Assembly: GCA_018333865.1 (NCBI GenBank) | Contig: JAGXSE010000061.1 | Span: 25,458 to 89,457, forward strand | Source of the DNA: Syntrophomonadaceae bacterium | Lineage (GTDB): Bacteria > Bacillota > PH28-bin88 | Length of the DNA: 64,000 nucleotides | Direction of reading: 5' to 3' | Shown: one piece after another, positions 10,129-18,860 of the stretch | How positions within the stretch are numbered: position 1 is the first letter of the stretch | Layout of the letters: the number at the start of each line of letters is the position of its first letter | Program-made: the position numbers and the translations under genes | The notes under the pieces: model-generated | What the model saw: the letters and a program-made list of their open reading frames with translations, nothing else | Database searches by the model: none | Told to the model about the DNA's origin: nothing

Positions 10129-10158
10129 AGCATGTACCTTCATGGTACGCTTTTTTTA
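10129..10158 (+). terminator. Intrinsic terminator (second of two in tandem)
   Basis: AGCATGTACC-ttcat-GGTACGCT followed by T7. Confidence 0.6.
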
Positions 10159-10341
10159 TTCGCTTTATCCGCTATTGGGATCTCTATTCCTCTTTGTATA
10201 AAAAAGTTTCAGATCATCTTTTACCCCAGCCTTTTTTAGCCCGACAAAATAATTATTTGGCCTTCCAGGGCTATAGCCATCACCTATTTCACCCTTTTTT
10301 CGTAGGATATTGCAGAAATCCTTTTAAGGAGTTGATTAAAC

Positions 10342-11931
10342 TTGAGCGAAGACATTACCAGTCAATCGGTATGTCCGGGGGACACCCTTTACACCGTTCA
10401 ATCCGGAGATACAATTTTCTCTTTAGCGCAAAACTTTGGCACAACAGCAGAAGCAATCAGGTCAGTTAACCCAGGGATCGATTCCGATCGCTTGATAGCA
10501 GGCATGACCCTCTGTATGCCAATGATGCCGCCGTTGATCTGCCCGCCAAGCACATTTTGCTACATTATTCAAGCAGGTGACACTCTCTTTTCTTTGGCCC
10601 GGAGGTTCGGAACAACAGTGGAAGCAATACTACGGGTAAATCCAGGAATTCATCCTGAACATCTGCACATCGGCCAGGTCATCTGCATTCCAAGGGTAAC
10701 GCCGCCGGTAACCTGTCCGCCCAGCACCTTCCCTTATACCGTTCAGGCCGGCGACACTATCTGGAGTCTGGCCCAGCGGTTTAATACCACTGTAGCAGCC
10801 ATTATAGCAGTCAACCCGGGTATTGATCCGAATAATTTACAGATCGGCCAGATCATCTGCATTCCCAGGGTAATGCCGCCGGTAACCTGTCCGCCCAGCA
10901 CCTTCCCTTATACCGTCCAGGCCGGTGATACTATCTGGAGTCTGGCCCAGCGGTTTAATACCACTGTAGCAGCCATCATAGCAGTCAACCCGGGTATTGA
11001 TCCGAATAATTTACAGATCGGCCAGATCATCTGTATTCCAAGGGTAATGCCGCCGGTAACCTGTCCGCCCAGCACCTTTGCCTATACCGTTCAGGCTGGC
11101 GACACCTTCTGGAGTCTGGCCCAGCGGTTTAACACCACCGTAGCTGCCATTCAGGCCGCCAACCCAGGGGTAGACCCCAACAACTTACAGATCGGCCAGA
11201 TCATCTGCATCCCCAGGGTAACCCCGCAGCCTGGCCATTGCCCGGCAAGTACTTTTGCCTACACCATCCGGGCTGGGGATACTTTCTGGAATCTGGCCCA
11301 GCGGTTTAACACCACCGTAGCCGCCATTCAGGCCGCCAACCCGGGTGTTGACCCGAACAACCTACAGATCGGCCAGGTCATCTGCATCCCAGGCACAGGA
11401 CCCGCACCCGGCCATTGCCCGGCAAGTACTTTTGCCTACACCATCCGGGCCGGGGATACCTTCTGGAATCTGGCCCAGCGGTTTAACACCACCGTAGCTG
11501 CCATTCAGGCCGCCAACCCGGGTGTTAACCCCAATAACCTTCAAATAGGCCAGGTCATCTGCATCCCAGGCACAGGAACCGCACCCGGCCATTGCCCGGC
11601 AAGTACTTTTGCCTACACCATCCGGGCCGGGGATACCTTCTGGAATCTGGCCCAGCGGTTTAACACCACCGTAGCTGCCATTCAGGCCGCCAACCCGGGT
11701 GTTAACCCCAATAACCTTCAAATAGGCCAGGTCATCTGCATCCCAGGCACAGGAACCGCACCCGGCCATTGCCCGGCAAGTACTTTTGCCTACACCATCC
11801 GGGCCGGGGATACCTTCTGGAATCTGGCCCAGCGGTTTAACACCACCGTAGCCGCCATTCAGGCCGCTAACCCGGGTGTTAACCCCAATAACCTACAGAT
11901 CGGCCAGGTCATCTGCATTCCCCGCACTTAG
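10342..11931 (+). CDS. Cys-rich protein made of nine tandem LysM domains, with no signal peptide
   Basis: Nine units of [CP(P/A)STF-Y-(V/I)-(Q/R)-AGDT-(I/F)-W-(S/N)-LAQRFNTTVAAI...NPG...L-IGQ-ICIP]. TTG start 10 nt after AAGGAG. The N-terminus (MSEDITSQSV) is not hydrophobic. Confidence 0.9.
   Translation: MSEDITSQSVCPGDTLYTVQSGDTIFSLAQNFGTTAEAIRSVNPGIDSDRLIAGMTLCMPMMPPLICPPSTFCYIIQAGDTLFSLARRFGTTVEAILRVNPGIHPEHLHIGQVICIPRVTPPVTCPPSTFPYTVQAGDTIWSLAQRFNTTVAAIIAVNPGIDPNNLQIGQIICIPRVMPPVTCPPSTFPYTVQAGDTIWSLAQRFNTTVAAIIAVNPGIDPNNLQIGQIICIPRVMPPVTCPPSTFAYTVQAGDTFWSLAQRFNTTVAAIQAANPGVDPNNLQIGQIICIPRVTPQPGHCPASTFAYTIRAGDTFWNLAQRFNTTVAAIQAANPGVDPNNLQIGQVICIPGTGPAPGHCPASTFAYTIRAGDTFWNLAQRFNTTVAAIQAANPGVNPNNLQIGQVICIPGTGTAPGHCPASTFAYTIRAGDTFWNLAQRFNTTVAAIQAANPGVNPNNLQIGQVICIPGTGTAPGHCPASTFAYTIRAGDTFWNLAQRFNTTVAAIQAANPGVNPNNLQIGQVICIPRT
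10717..11928. repeat. Tandem 174-177 bp coding repeats (LysM units 3-9)
   Basis: 11404..11580 and 11581..11757 are identical over 177 bp by direct comparison. Units 3 and 4 (174 bp each) differ at about 6 positions, all synonymous. Confidence 0.9.
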
Positions 11932-11938
11932 ATACCAG

Positions 11939-11970
11939 AGCCCCGGTCCCTAAAAACCGGGGCTTTATTT
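11939..11970. terminator. Hairpin between convergent LysM (+) and uvrB (-) genes
   Basis: AGCCCCGGT-ccctaaaa-ACCGGGGCT, with a T-tract on the plus side only. Confidence 0.65.
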
Positions 11971-13972
11971 ATCTTTTCTTTCCTGTTTCTTCCCCGGCCT
12001 TTAGTTCCAAAATCAAATCCCGTAAAACAGCTGCCCGCTCAAATTCCAGCATTTTGGCAGCCTCCCGCATCTCCTTTTCCAGGTCGGCAATAAAGCGCTG
12101 CCGCTCACTTTTTGTCATCTGGCCAAAACTCTGCTTAGTCTGGTAAGGCTGTTTCTCTTCTGCCACCCGGGTCGCTTCGAGGACATTTCGCACCGCCTTG
12201 CGCACAGTCTCCGGGGTAATCCCATGCTGCTGGTTATAGGCTGCCTGCATCTCCCGCCGGCGATTTGTTTCATCTATCGCTCTTTTCATAGAATCAGTCA
12301 TCCGGTCTGCATACATGAGCACTATCCCCTCAACATTGCGGGCCGCCCGGCCCATGGTTTGGATCAGGGAACGCTCAGAACGCAGGAAGCCTTCCTTATC
12401 GGCATCCAGGATGGCTACCAGAGACACCTCCGGCAGGTCCAGACCCTCTCTTAAAAGATTAATGCCTACCAGCACATCAAATTCTCCCAGGCGCAGATCC
12501 CGGATAATCTCCATCCGCTCAATGGTATTGATATCGGAATGCATGTATCTGACCCGGACACCCATTTCCCGCAGGTAATCGGTTAGATCTTCTGCCATCC
12601 GCTTTGTCAGGGTAGTCACCAGAACTCGCTGGCTTTTTTTCTCCCGCAGGCGGATTTCGTGCAGGAGGTCATCGATTTGTCCCTTTACCGGCCGGATTTC
12701 GACCAGGGGATCGACCAGCCCGGTAGGCCGGACTATTTGTTCTGCTACTTGCCGGCTTCGTTCCAGTTCATAGGGGCCGGGGGTTGCTGACACATAGACG
12801 ACCTGGTTCACCATGGCGGCAAACTCCTTGAAAGTCAGCGGCCGGTTATCCAGTGCCGAAGGGAGGCGGAAACCATGTTCGACCAGACTGGTCTTGCGGG
12901 AGCGGTCCCCTTCATACATTCCACCAATCTGGGGAACAGTCACATGGGATTCGTCAATGATCACCAGAAAATCCTGGGGGAAAAAATCCAGGAGGGTGTA
13001 AGGAGGCTCGCCAGGCTGTCTCCCTGTCAGGTGGCGGGAGTAGTTTTCAATCCCGGAGCAAAAACCAACCTCCCTGATCATTTCCAGGTCATACTTGGTG
13101 CGCTGCTCTAATCGTTGGGCCTCCAACAGCTTGTCCCGGCTGCGCAGTTCCCGCAGCCGCCCTTCCAATTCTTGCTCAATGGAAACCATGGCCCGGAGCA
13201 ATTTTTCCTGTTCGGTAACATAGTGGCTGGCAGGGTAAACAGAAACATGCCACCGGCGGCCCAAGACCTCGCCAGTCATGGTATCAACTTCCAGGATGCG
13301 CTCAATTTCATCGCCAAAAAGCTCTACCCTGATCGCCTTTTCGGAAAAAGAGGCAGGAAAGATTTCGATCACATCCCCCCGCACCCGGAAGGTTCCCCGG
13401 CGAAAATCGTAGTCATTTCTGGTGTACTGGATATCCACCAGCTTGCGCAGGATCTTTTCCCGGTCGTATTCCTGGCCCTCACGCAAGGAAAGCACCAAAT
13501 CCCGGTAGTCTTCCGGGGAACCCAAACCATAGATGCAGGAAACACTGGCCACAATGACCACGTCCCGGCGCTCAAACAGGGCTGACGTGGCCGAATGGCG
13601 CAGTTTGTCTATCTCATCATTTATGGAGCTGTCCTTTTCGATGTAAGTGTCCGTATGGGGGATATAAGCCTCCGGCTGGTAGTAGTCATAGTAACTGACA
13701 AAGTACTCGACAGCGTTTTCCGGAAAGAACTCTTTAAACTCGCTGCATAACTGGGCAGCCAGGGTTTTGTTGTGGGCAATAACCAGGGCAGGCCTTTGCA
13801 CTTCCTGAATGACACAGGCCATGGTAAAAGTCTTCCCGCTGCCGGTCACCCCCAGGAGAGTCTGATGGGGATAGCCCTTATTCAAACCATCAACCAGAAG
13901 GCGAATGGCCCCGGGCTGGTCTCCCTTGGGCTGAAACTCCGATTTCAATTTAAAGCCGCTCATAGCAGTCAT
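11969..13972 (-). CDS. uvrB: Excinuclease ABC subunit B
   Basis: GVTGSGKTF Walker A, IIDESHVT (DExH), a helicase C domain and a C-terminal UVR motif ([11 protein letters not shown]). The start is either ATG 13972 or ATG 13963. Confidence 0.95.
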   Translation of the reverse strand: MTAMSGFKLKSEFQPKGDQPGAIRLLVDGLNKGYPHQTLLGVTGSGKTFTMACVIQEVQRPALVIAHNKTLAAQLCSEFKEFFPENAVEYFVSYYDYYQPEAYIPHTDTYIEKDSSINDEIDKLRHSATSALFERRDVVIVASVSCIYGLGSPEDYRDLVLSLREGQEYDREKILRKLVDIQYTRNDYDFRRGTFRVRGDVIEIFPASFSEKAIRVELFGDEIERILEVDTMTGEVLGRRWHVSVYPASHYVTEQEKLLRAMVSIEQELEGRLRELRSRDKLLEAQRLEQRTKYDLEMIREVGFCSGIENYSRHLTGRQPGEPPYTLLDFFPQDFLVIIDESHVTVPQIGGMYEGDRSRKTSLVEHGFRLPSALDNRPLTFKEFAAMVNQVVYVSATPGPYELERSRQVAEQIVRPTGLVDPLVEIRPVKGQIDDLLHEIRLREKKSQRVLVTTLTKRMAEDLTDYLREMGVRVRYMHSDINTIERMEIIRDLRLGEFDVLVGINLLREGLDLPEVSLVAILDADKEGFLRSERSLIQTMGRAARNVEGIVLMYADRMTDSMKRAIDETNRRREMQAAYNQQHGITPETVRKAVRNVLEATRVAEEKQPYQTKQSFGQMTKSERQRFIADLEKEMREAAKMLEFERAAVLRDLILELKAGEETGKKR

Positions 13973-14000
13973 CTCTTTCCCGGAAAGACAAGGGAGACAA

Positions 14001-14188
14001 GGGGACGGTTCTCCTGTCTTTCTCGTTCAAATTAAGACATGGGGACGGTTCTCTTGTCTTTCTCGTTCAAGAGGCAAGAAAAAAGAGGTAAGAGCTAGGG
14101 AGAAGACATGGGGACGGTTCTCTTGTCTTTCTCGTTCAAGAGGCAAGAAAAAAGAGGTAAGAGCTAGGCAGACAAAAGAACCGTCCCC
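14001..14188. repeat. Tandem GGGGACGGTTCT-headed repeat units closed by an inverted AGAACCGTCCCC
   Basis: Units start at 14001 (40 bp, truncated), 14041 (69 bp) and 14110. The inverted head lies at 14177..14188. The array fills the carB/uvrB gap, and track ORF 14027..14209 is its translation artefact. Confidence 0.85.
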
Positions 14189-14205
14189 TTGTCTTCTTGT
14201 CTTTT

Positions 14206-17200
14206 TCACTGGTCGTTTTTGATGTCAAGATGATACGCCTGTAAATTTTTAACGTAGCTGGTTTGGACCTGCTGGTGAGCCGCGATGCCTTTTGCGCTGG
14301 CAAGGGCCGCCGCCAGGGTGGTGATATATGGTATTTTGTGTTTGATCGCGGCTTTGCGGATATACGAATCGTCCTTCTCGCTTAACCTGCCGATCGGAGT
14401 GTTAATAATCAAATTGATCTCCTTGTTGGCTATGCTGTCCAGGATATTTGGCCTGCCCTCATACAGCTTCTTCACAGCTATGGATGGTATCTGGTTTTGC
14501 GTCAGAAAATAATTAGTTCCTTGTGTTGCCATTATTGTAAAACCCAAAGCGGCAAATTGACGGGCCACTTCCAGCACAGCAGGCCTGTCCTGTTCTCTTA
14601 CGCTGATCAGGACTGTTCCCGAAGTCGGCAATGGGGACTGGGTGGCTTCCTGTGCCTTGAAATAGGCCAATCCGAATGAATCGGCAATGCCAAGCACCTC
14701 ACCGGTTGACCGCATCTCCGGCCCTAAAATGGGATCTACCTCATGGAACATGTTGAATGGAAGCACGGCTTCCTTCACGCCAAAATGCCGGACCTTGCCT
14801 GTAACAAGGTTATTAATCTTAGCATGGCCCATCATTATTTCGGTGGCCAACCGGGCCATGGAGATGTTGCAAACTTTTGAGACAACCGGCACGGTGCGGG
14901 AGGCACGGGGATTGGCCTCTAACACGAAAACCTGGCCATCGGCAATCGCGAATTGTATATTCATTAACCCGATCACGTTAAGTTTCCGGGCTATTTTTTT
15001 GCTGTATTCGCAGATTGTAGCGATGTGTCGATCCGGTATGCTCACCGGTGGGATGACACAGGCCGAATCTCCCGAGTGAATCCCTGCATACTCAATATGT
15101 TCCATGATCGGAGGTATAAACACGTCTTTTCCATCGGAAATGGCGTCTGCTTCTGCTTCAATGGCATCTCGCAAAAATTTATCAATCAGGATGGGTTTCT
15201 CGGGTGTAATATCCACTGCTGCGGCGACGTACTGACGGAGCATCTCCTCGTCGTGGACACATTCCATCCCGCGCCCGCCTAAAACATAAGAAGGCCTGAC
15301 CATCAGCGGGTACCCGATTTTATCGGCAATAGCAAGTGCTTCGCTAAGGTTTTTAGCCATGCCCGATTCCGGCATGGGGATCTGCATCTTCTCCATCATT
15401 AATCTGAACCTGTCCCGGTCCTCTGCCAGGTCAATTGCATCTAGTGGTGTGCCCAGAATTTGCACCCCTGCCAGAGCCAGTTCCCCGGCAATATTAAGGG
15501 GTGTCTGCCCCCCAAACTGAACGATAGCCCCGATCGGGTTCTCCTTTTGATAAATACTCAGCACATCTTCCACTGTGAGCGGCTCGAAGTACAATTTATC
15601 AGATGTATCATAGTCTGTGGAAACTGTCTCCGGGTTGCAGTTAACAATAATTGTTTCATACCCCAGATCACGCAGGGCAAAAGCGGCATGTACGCAACAG
15701 TAATCAAATTCAATCCCCTGTCCAATCCGGTTCGGGCCACCGCCCAGGATCATCACCTTTTCCCTATCGCTGGACGTGGTCTGATCCGCGGCATGATATG
15801 TGGAGTAATAGTAGGCGGCATTTTCCACACCACTGACCGGGACCGGTTCCCAAGCTGCCGTAAGCCCCAGGGCCAACCGGCGATTTCTGACCGCCTGCTC
15901 CGGCTGGTTTAACAGCATACCCAGATAGCGGTCGGCAAAACCGTCTTTTTTGGCCCGGATTAACAGTTCATCAGGCAGTTGGCCCTCCTTGTATTTTAAA
16001 ATCTCCTCTTCCAGCAAAACCAGTTCCTGCATCTGTTCAATAAACCATGGTTTGATATGCGTTAACCGGTGCAGCTGATCTATGGTCGCCCCTTTGCGCA
16101 AGGCCTCGTACATAATAAATTGCCGCTCGCTTGACGGTTCAGCAAGCATTGCCAGCAGGTCATTCAGAGTCAGCAAGTTGAAGTTCTTGGCAAAACCCAA
16201 TCCGTAACGTCCTGTTTCCAGCGAACGGATCGCTTTTTGCAAGGCTTCTTTGAAATTTTTCCCGATACTCATCACTTCGCCGACAGCCTTCATCTGCGTA
16301 CCTAATTTGTCTTCGGCGCCTTTAAATTTCTCAAAACCCCACCGCGGAAACTTGATCACAACATAATCGCCTGAAGGGGTATATTTCTCTAATGACCCCT
16401 CCCGCCAGTAAGGAAACTCATCAAGGGTCAATCCTGCCGCCAACATGGCCGAGACCATGGCGATAGGAAACCCGGTCGCCTTGGAAGCCAGGGCGGAAGA
16501 CCGGGAAGTCCGGGGATTTATCTCAATGACCACGACCCGCCCTGTTTTGGGGTCGTGGGCAAACTGGATGTTGGTGCCGCCAATTACCCCAATAGTTTCC
16601 ACAATCTGATAAGCATACTTTTGCAGACGCTGCTGCAGTTCTGCGCTGATAGTCAGCATCGGTGCGGAGCAAATTGAGTCACCAGTATGTACACCCATGG
16701 CGTCAATGTTTTCGATAAAGCAGACAGTAATCATTTGATTTTTGGCATCGCGCACTACTTCCAGCTCTAATTCTTCCCAGCCCAGGACAGATTCTTCCAC
16801 CAGAATCTGCCCGACTATGCTCGCTGAGATCCCCCTGCTGGCAACTAATTTTAATTCCTCTACATTATAAACCAAACCGCCGCCTGTACCCCCCATAGTG
16901 TAGGCGGGCCGGATCACAACGGGAAACCCAAGCTCCCGGGCAATATTTTCGGCCTCTTCCACAGTGTAGGCCGGCTCGCTTCTGGGCATTGCAATCCCTA
17001 TCTGTTGCATGCTTTCTTTAAAAGCAATCCGGTCCTCGCCCCGTTCGATTGCATCGAGCTGAACGCCAATGACTTGCACACCATATTTTTCCAGCACTCC
17101 GGCCTTGGCCAGCTTCATGCTTAAGTTTAAAGCAGACTGCCCGCCCAGGTTAGGCAGCAAGGCATCTGGCCGTTCCTGGGCAATAATCTCGGTTAATCTT

Positions 17201-17415
17201 TCCACGTTTAGCGGCTCAATGTATGTTGCATCGGCCATGCCGGGGTCAGTCATAATAGTTGCCGGATTAGAGTTTACCAGTACAATTTCATAGCCGAGTT
17301 TGCGCAGGGCCTTGCAAGCCTGAGTGCCTGAATAGTCAAACTCTGCTGCCTGTCCAATCACAATCGGCCCCGAACCAATTATCATCAGCTTGTGGATATC
17401 ATGACGCTTTGGCAT
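14206..17415 (-). CDS. carB: Carbamoyl-phosphate synthase large subunit
   Basis: 1069 aa with two ATP-grasp halves and an MGS-like C-terminus. Typical N-terminus KLMIIGSGPIVIGQAAEFDYSGTQA. No carA gene is adjacent. Confidence 0.95.
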   Translation of the reverse strand: MPKRHDIHKLMIIGSGPIVIGQAAEFDYSGTQACKALRKLGYEIVLVNSNPATIMTDPGMADATYIEPLNVERLTEIIAQERPDALLPNLGGQSALNLSMKLAKAGVLEKYGVQVIGVQLDAIERGEDRIAFKESMQQIGIAMPRSEPAYTVEEAENIARELGFPVVIRPAYTMGGTGGGLVYNVEELKLVASRGISASIVGQILVEESVLGWEELELEVVRDAKNQMITVCFIENIDAMGVHTGDSICSAPMLTISAELQQRLQKYAYQIVETIGVIGGTNIQFAHDPKTGRVVVIEINPRTSRSSALASKATGFPIAMVSAMLAAGLTLDEFPYWREGSLEKYTPSGDYVVIKFPRWGFEKFKGAEDKLGTQMKAVGEVMSIGKNFKEALQKAIRSLETGRYGLGFAKNFNLLTLNDLLAMLAEPSSERQFIMYEALRKGATIDQLHRLTHIKPWFIEQMQELVLLEEEILKYKEGQLPDELLIRAKKDGFADRYLGMLLNQPEQAVRNRRLALGLTAAWEPVPVSGVENAAYYYSTYHAADQTTSSDREKVMILGGGPNRIGQGIEFDYCCVHAAFALRDLGYETIIVNCNPETVSTDYDTSDKLYFEPLTVEDVLSIYQKENPIGAIVQFGGQTPLNIAGELALAGVQILGTPLDAIDLAEDRDRFRLMMEKMQIPMPESGMAKNLSEALAIADKIGYPLMVRPSYVLGGRGMECVHDEEMLRQYVAAAVDITPEKPILIDKFLRDAIEAEADAISDGKDVFIPPIMEHIEYAGIHSGDSACVIPPVSIPDRHIATICEYSKKIARKLNVIGLMNIQFAIADGQVFVLEANPRASRTVPVVSKVCNISMARLATEIMMGHAKINNLVTGKVRHFGVKEAVLPFNMFHEVDPILGPEMRSTGEVLGIADSFGLAYFKAQEATQSPLPTSGTVLISVREQDRPAVLEVARQFAALGFTIMATQGTNYFLTQNQIPSIAVKKLYEGRPNILDSIANKEINLIINTPIGRLSEKDDSYIRKAAIKHKIPYITTLAAALASAKGIAAHQQVQTSYVKNLQAYHLDIKNDQ

Positions 17416-17555
17416 TGTCCATTCCTCTTTCTTTTCGATATATTTTAATTTTTATTATTTTATCATAAATGCCGCTTGCGACACCATCAGAGGAATGAAA
17501 ATCTTGATCTGCCTGTGTTTTAAAATTAATCAGTCAGTACTGTGTTGATATTCCA

Positions 17556-17615
17556 TATTCTACCGGCTGATGCCTCCTGACTACCGACTACCGACTACCG
17601 ACTACTGACTACTGA
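17556..17615. repeat. Conserved 24-nt head plus (GACTACY)5 heptamer array
   Basis: ATTCTACCGGCTGATGCCTCCT followed by GACTACC x3 and GACTACT x2. The array supplies the last codons and the stop of the CDF gene. Confidence 0.85.
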
Positions 17616-18531
17616 AAGGCTCCACATGGACAGTGGTCAAGGCGCCGCATTTTTCCAGGATGCAATACTTGACCAGAGCGGCTATCTGATGAGAATCCGT
17701 CACGGCAATAGTTGGGTCCACCTGGATATGCAAGGAAACCAGCAGGTTTTCCTGCCCGTAGGCATGCACTTCCACCTTGTGCACCCCCTTCACCCCGCTC
17801 ACCGACCCAGCCGTCGCGGTAATCTTTTCAACCAACTCCGGGTCCGGCTTCTCTCCGATTAAAGCGCTGGCTGCGTTGCGAGCCAAGCCCCATCCCGTAT
17901 AAATAATCAGAGCGGAGACCAAAAGCCCGATCACAGCATCAGTCCTATAATAGCCAAACATAGCCGCTATCATTGCTCCGGCAACCAAAATACTGATAAT
18001 TGCATCACTGCGATGGTTTAAAGCATCGGCCACCAGGACCGAGGAATTTATCTTTTTCCCCACCGATACGGCAAAGCGGGCCATCCATTCTTTAAATAAC
18101 CCGCTCAGGACTAAAAAGACTGCCACCAGGAGGCTTCCTTCCACAACCTCTTGGGAAAAGAAGCGCTCGACCGAGGCCTTCCCGAATTCAATCCCCACAC
18201 CGATTAGCAAAAGAGCAATAATGAGGGTAGCCACATTCTCAACCCGCCCATGGCCGTAAGGGTGTTTTTCATCGGGGGGAAGAGCTGCCAGCTTAAATCC
18301 CCACAACACTACAAAGGAAGTCACTACATCCGACAAAGTATGGACAGCATCAGCCAAAAGGGAAATACTGTTCAGCGTGAGGCCGAAAAACCCCTTGGTC
18401 AGAGCCAGCAAAAGATTGCCCACAATACTCACCATGGCCACCAGGTACCCGTATTTAGTCCGGATACCGGCATCCATCACCTGTCCGGCTTGCGGAATAA
18501 ATCTCCGGACCAGCCAGCCTGTAAAACCCAT
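17602..18531 (-). CDS. Cation diffusion facilitator (CzcD/ZitB-like) metal efflux transporter
   Basis: Six TM helices with HTLSDVV and HRSDAI metal-site motifs, plus a cytoplasmic C-terminal domain. Confidence 0.9.
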   Translation of the reverse strand: MGFTGWLVRRFIPQAGQVMDAGIRTKYGYLVAMVSIVGNLLLALTKGFFGLTLNSISLLADAVHTLSDVVTSFVVLWGFKLAALPPDEKHPYGHGRVENVATLIIALLLIGVGIEFGKASVERFFSQEVVEGSLLVAVFLVLSGLFKEWMARFAVSVGKKINSSVLVADALNHRSDAIISILVAGAMIAAMFGYYRTDAVIGLLVSALIIYTGWGLARNAASALIGEKPDPELVEKITATAGSVSGVKGVHKVEVHAYGQENLLVSLHIQVDPTIAVTDSHQIAALVKYCILEKCGALTTVHVEPFSSQ

Positions 18532-18612
18532 TGCTATACCCCCTCGTAAATGCGTCGAATCTCTTGAAATGTTTTCGGCTAACTACTTGACACCATAACG
18601 CTGCTCTAAAAC

Positions 18613-18654
18613 CAAATAAAAAAACCTGCGGTACCAGTTCAGGTCCCACAGGTT
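18613..18654 (-). terminator. Hairpin plus U-tract inside the CDF 5' leader (attenuator-like)
   Basis: On the minus strand, AACCTGTGG-(14 nt)-CCGCAGGTT (one G-U pair) is followed by TTTTTTTATTT. It lies between the promoter at 18718..18746 and the CDF start at 18531. Confidence 0.6.
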
Positions 18655-18717
18655 TTCCCTGCTGCATCAGCCCGGCTCCATCGACTGTACTTCAGTCAAT
18701 TGCCTGTTCCTCAAATA

Positions 18718-18746
18718 CATTATACACTTTGTTCCGGCTTTTGTCT
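18718..18746 (-). promoter_or_regulatory. Sigma-A-type promoter TAGACA-17-TGtTATAAT for the CDF leader
   Basis: -35 at 18741..18746. Extended -10 at 18718..18725. The spacer is exactly 17 nt. Confidence 0.65.
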
Positions 18747-18806
18747 AAAAAAATTGCTCTATTTCGTTGGCAAAATTCAGCAGCCAGCATCCTAAATGCT
18801 TGTTAA

Positions 18807-18859
18807 CATTCAACCGGCTTCTGCCTCCCGACTACCGACTACTGACTACCGACTACCGA
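18807..18859. repeat. Second copy of the 24-nt head plus (GACTACY)4 array
   Basis: ATTCAACCGGCTTCTGCCTCCC followed by GACTACC, GACTACT, GACTACC, GACTACC. It begins directly after the cobT stop codon. Confidence 0.85.
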
Positions 18860-18860
18860 A

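Noticed and set aside
10101-10469. 122-aa plus-strand ORF upstream of and overlapping the LysM gene
   Set aside because: It starts inside a terminator hairpin, has an aromatic- and basic-rich nonsense-like sequence, and overlaps the LysM start in another frame.
11362-11769. 135-aa minus-strand ORF with internal repeats
   Set aside because: It is antisense to LysM repeat units 6-8, and its periodicity comes from the sense-strand repeats.
14001-14188. Possible CRISPR array (regularly spaced GGGGACGGTTCT... units)
   Set aside because: There are only 2-3 units. The material between the heads is itself repeated, so there are no unique spacers. One head is inverted, and no cas genes or leader are present.
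13973-14205. LexA/SOS (Cheo-type GAAC-N4-GTTC) operator upstream of uvrB, and likewise upstream of uvrA (3939..4107)
   Set aside because: I saw only isolated GAAC/GTTC half-sites inside the repeats. There is no palindromic box at appropriate spacing.
14027-14209. 60-aa minus-strand ORF ([35 protein letters not shown]...) in the carB/uvrB gap
   Set aside because: Its internally repeated sequence is simply the translation of the 69-bp tandem DNA repeat. It has no RBS and overlaps the carB stop.
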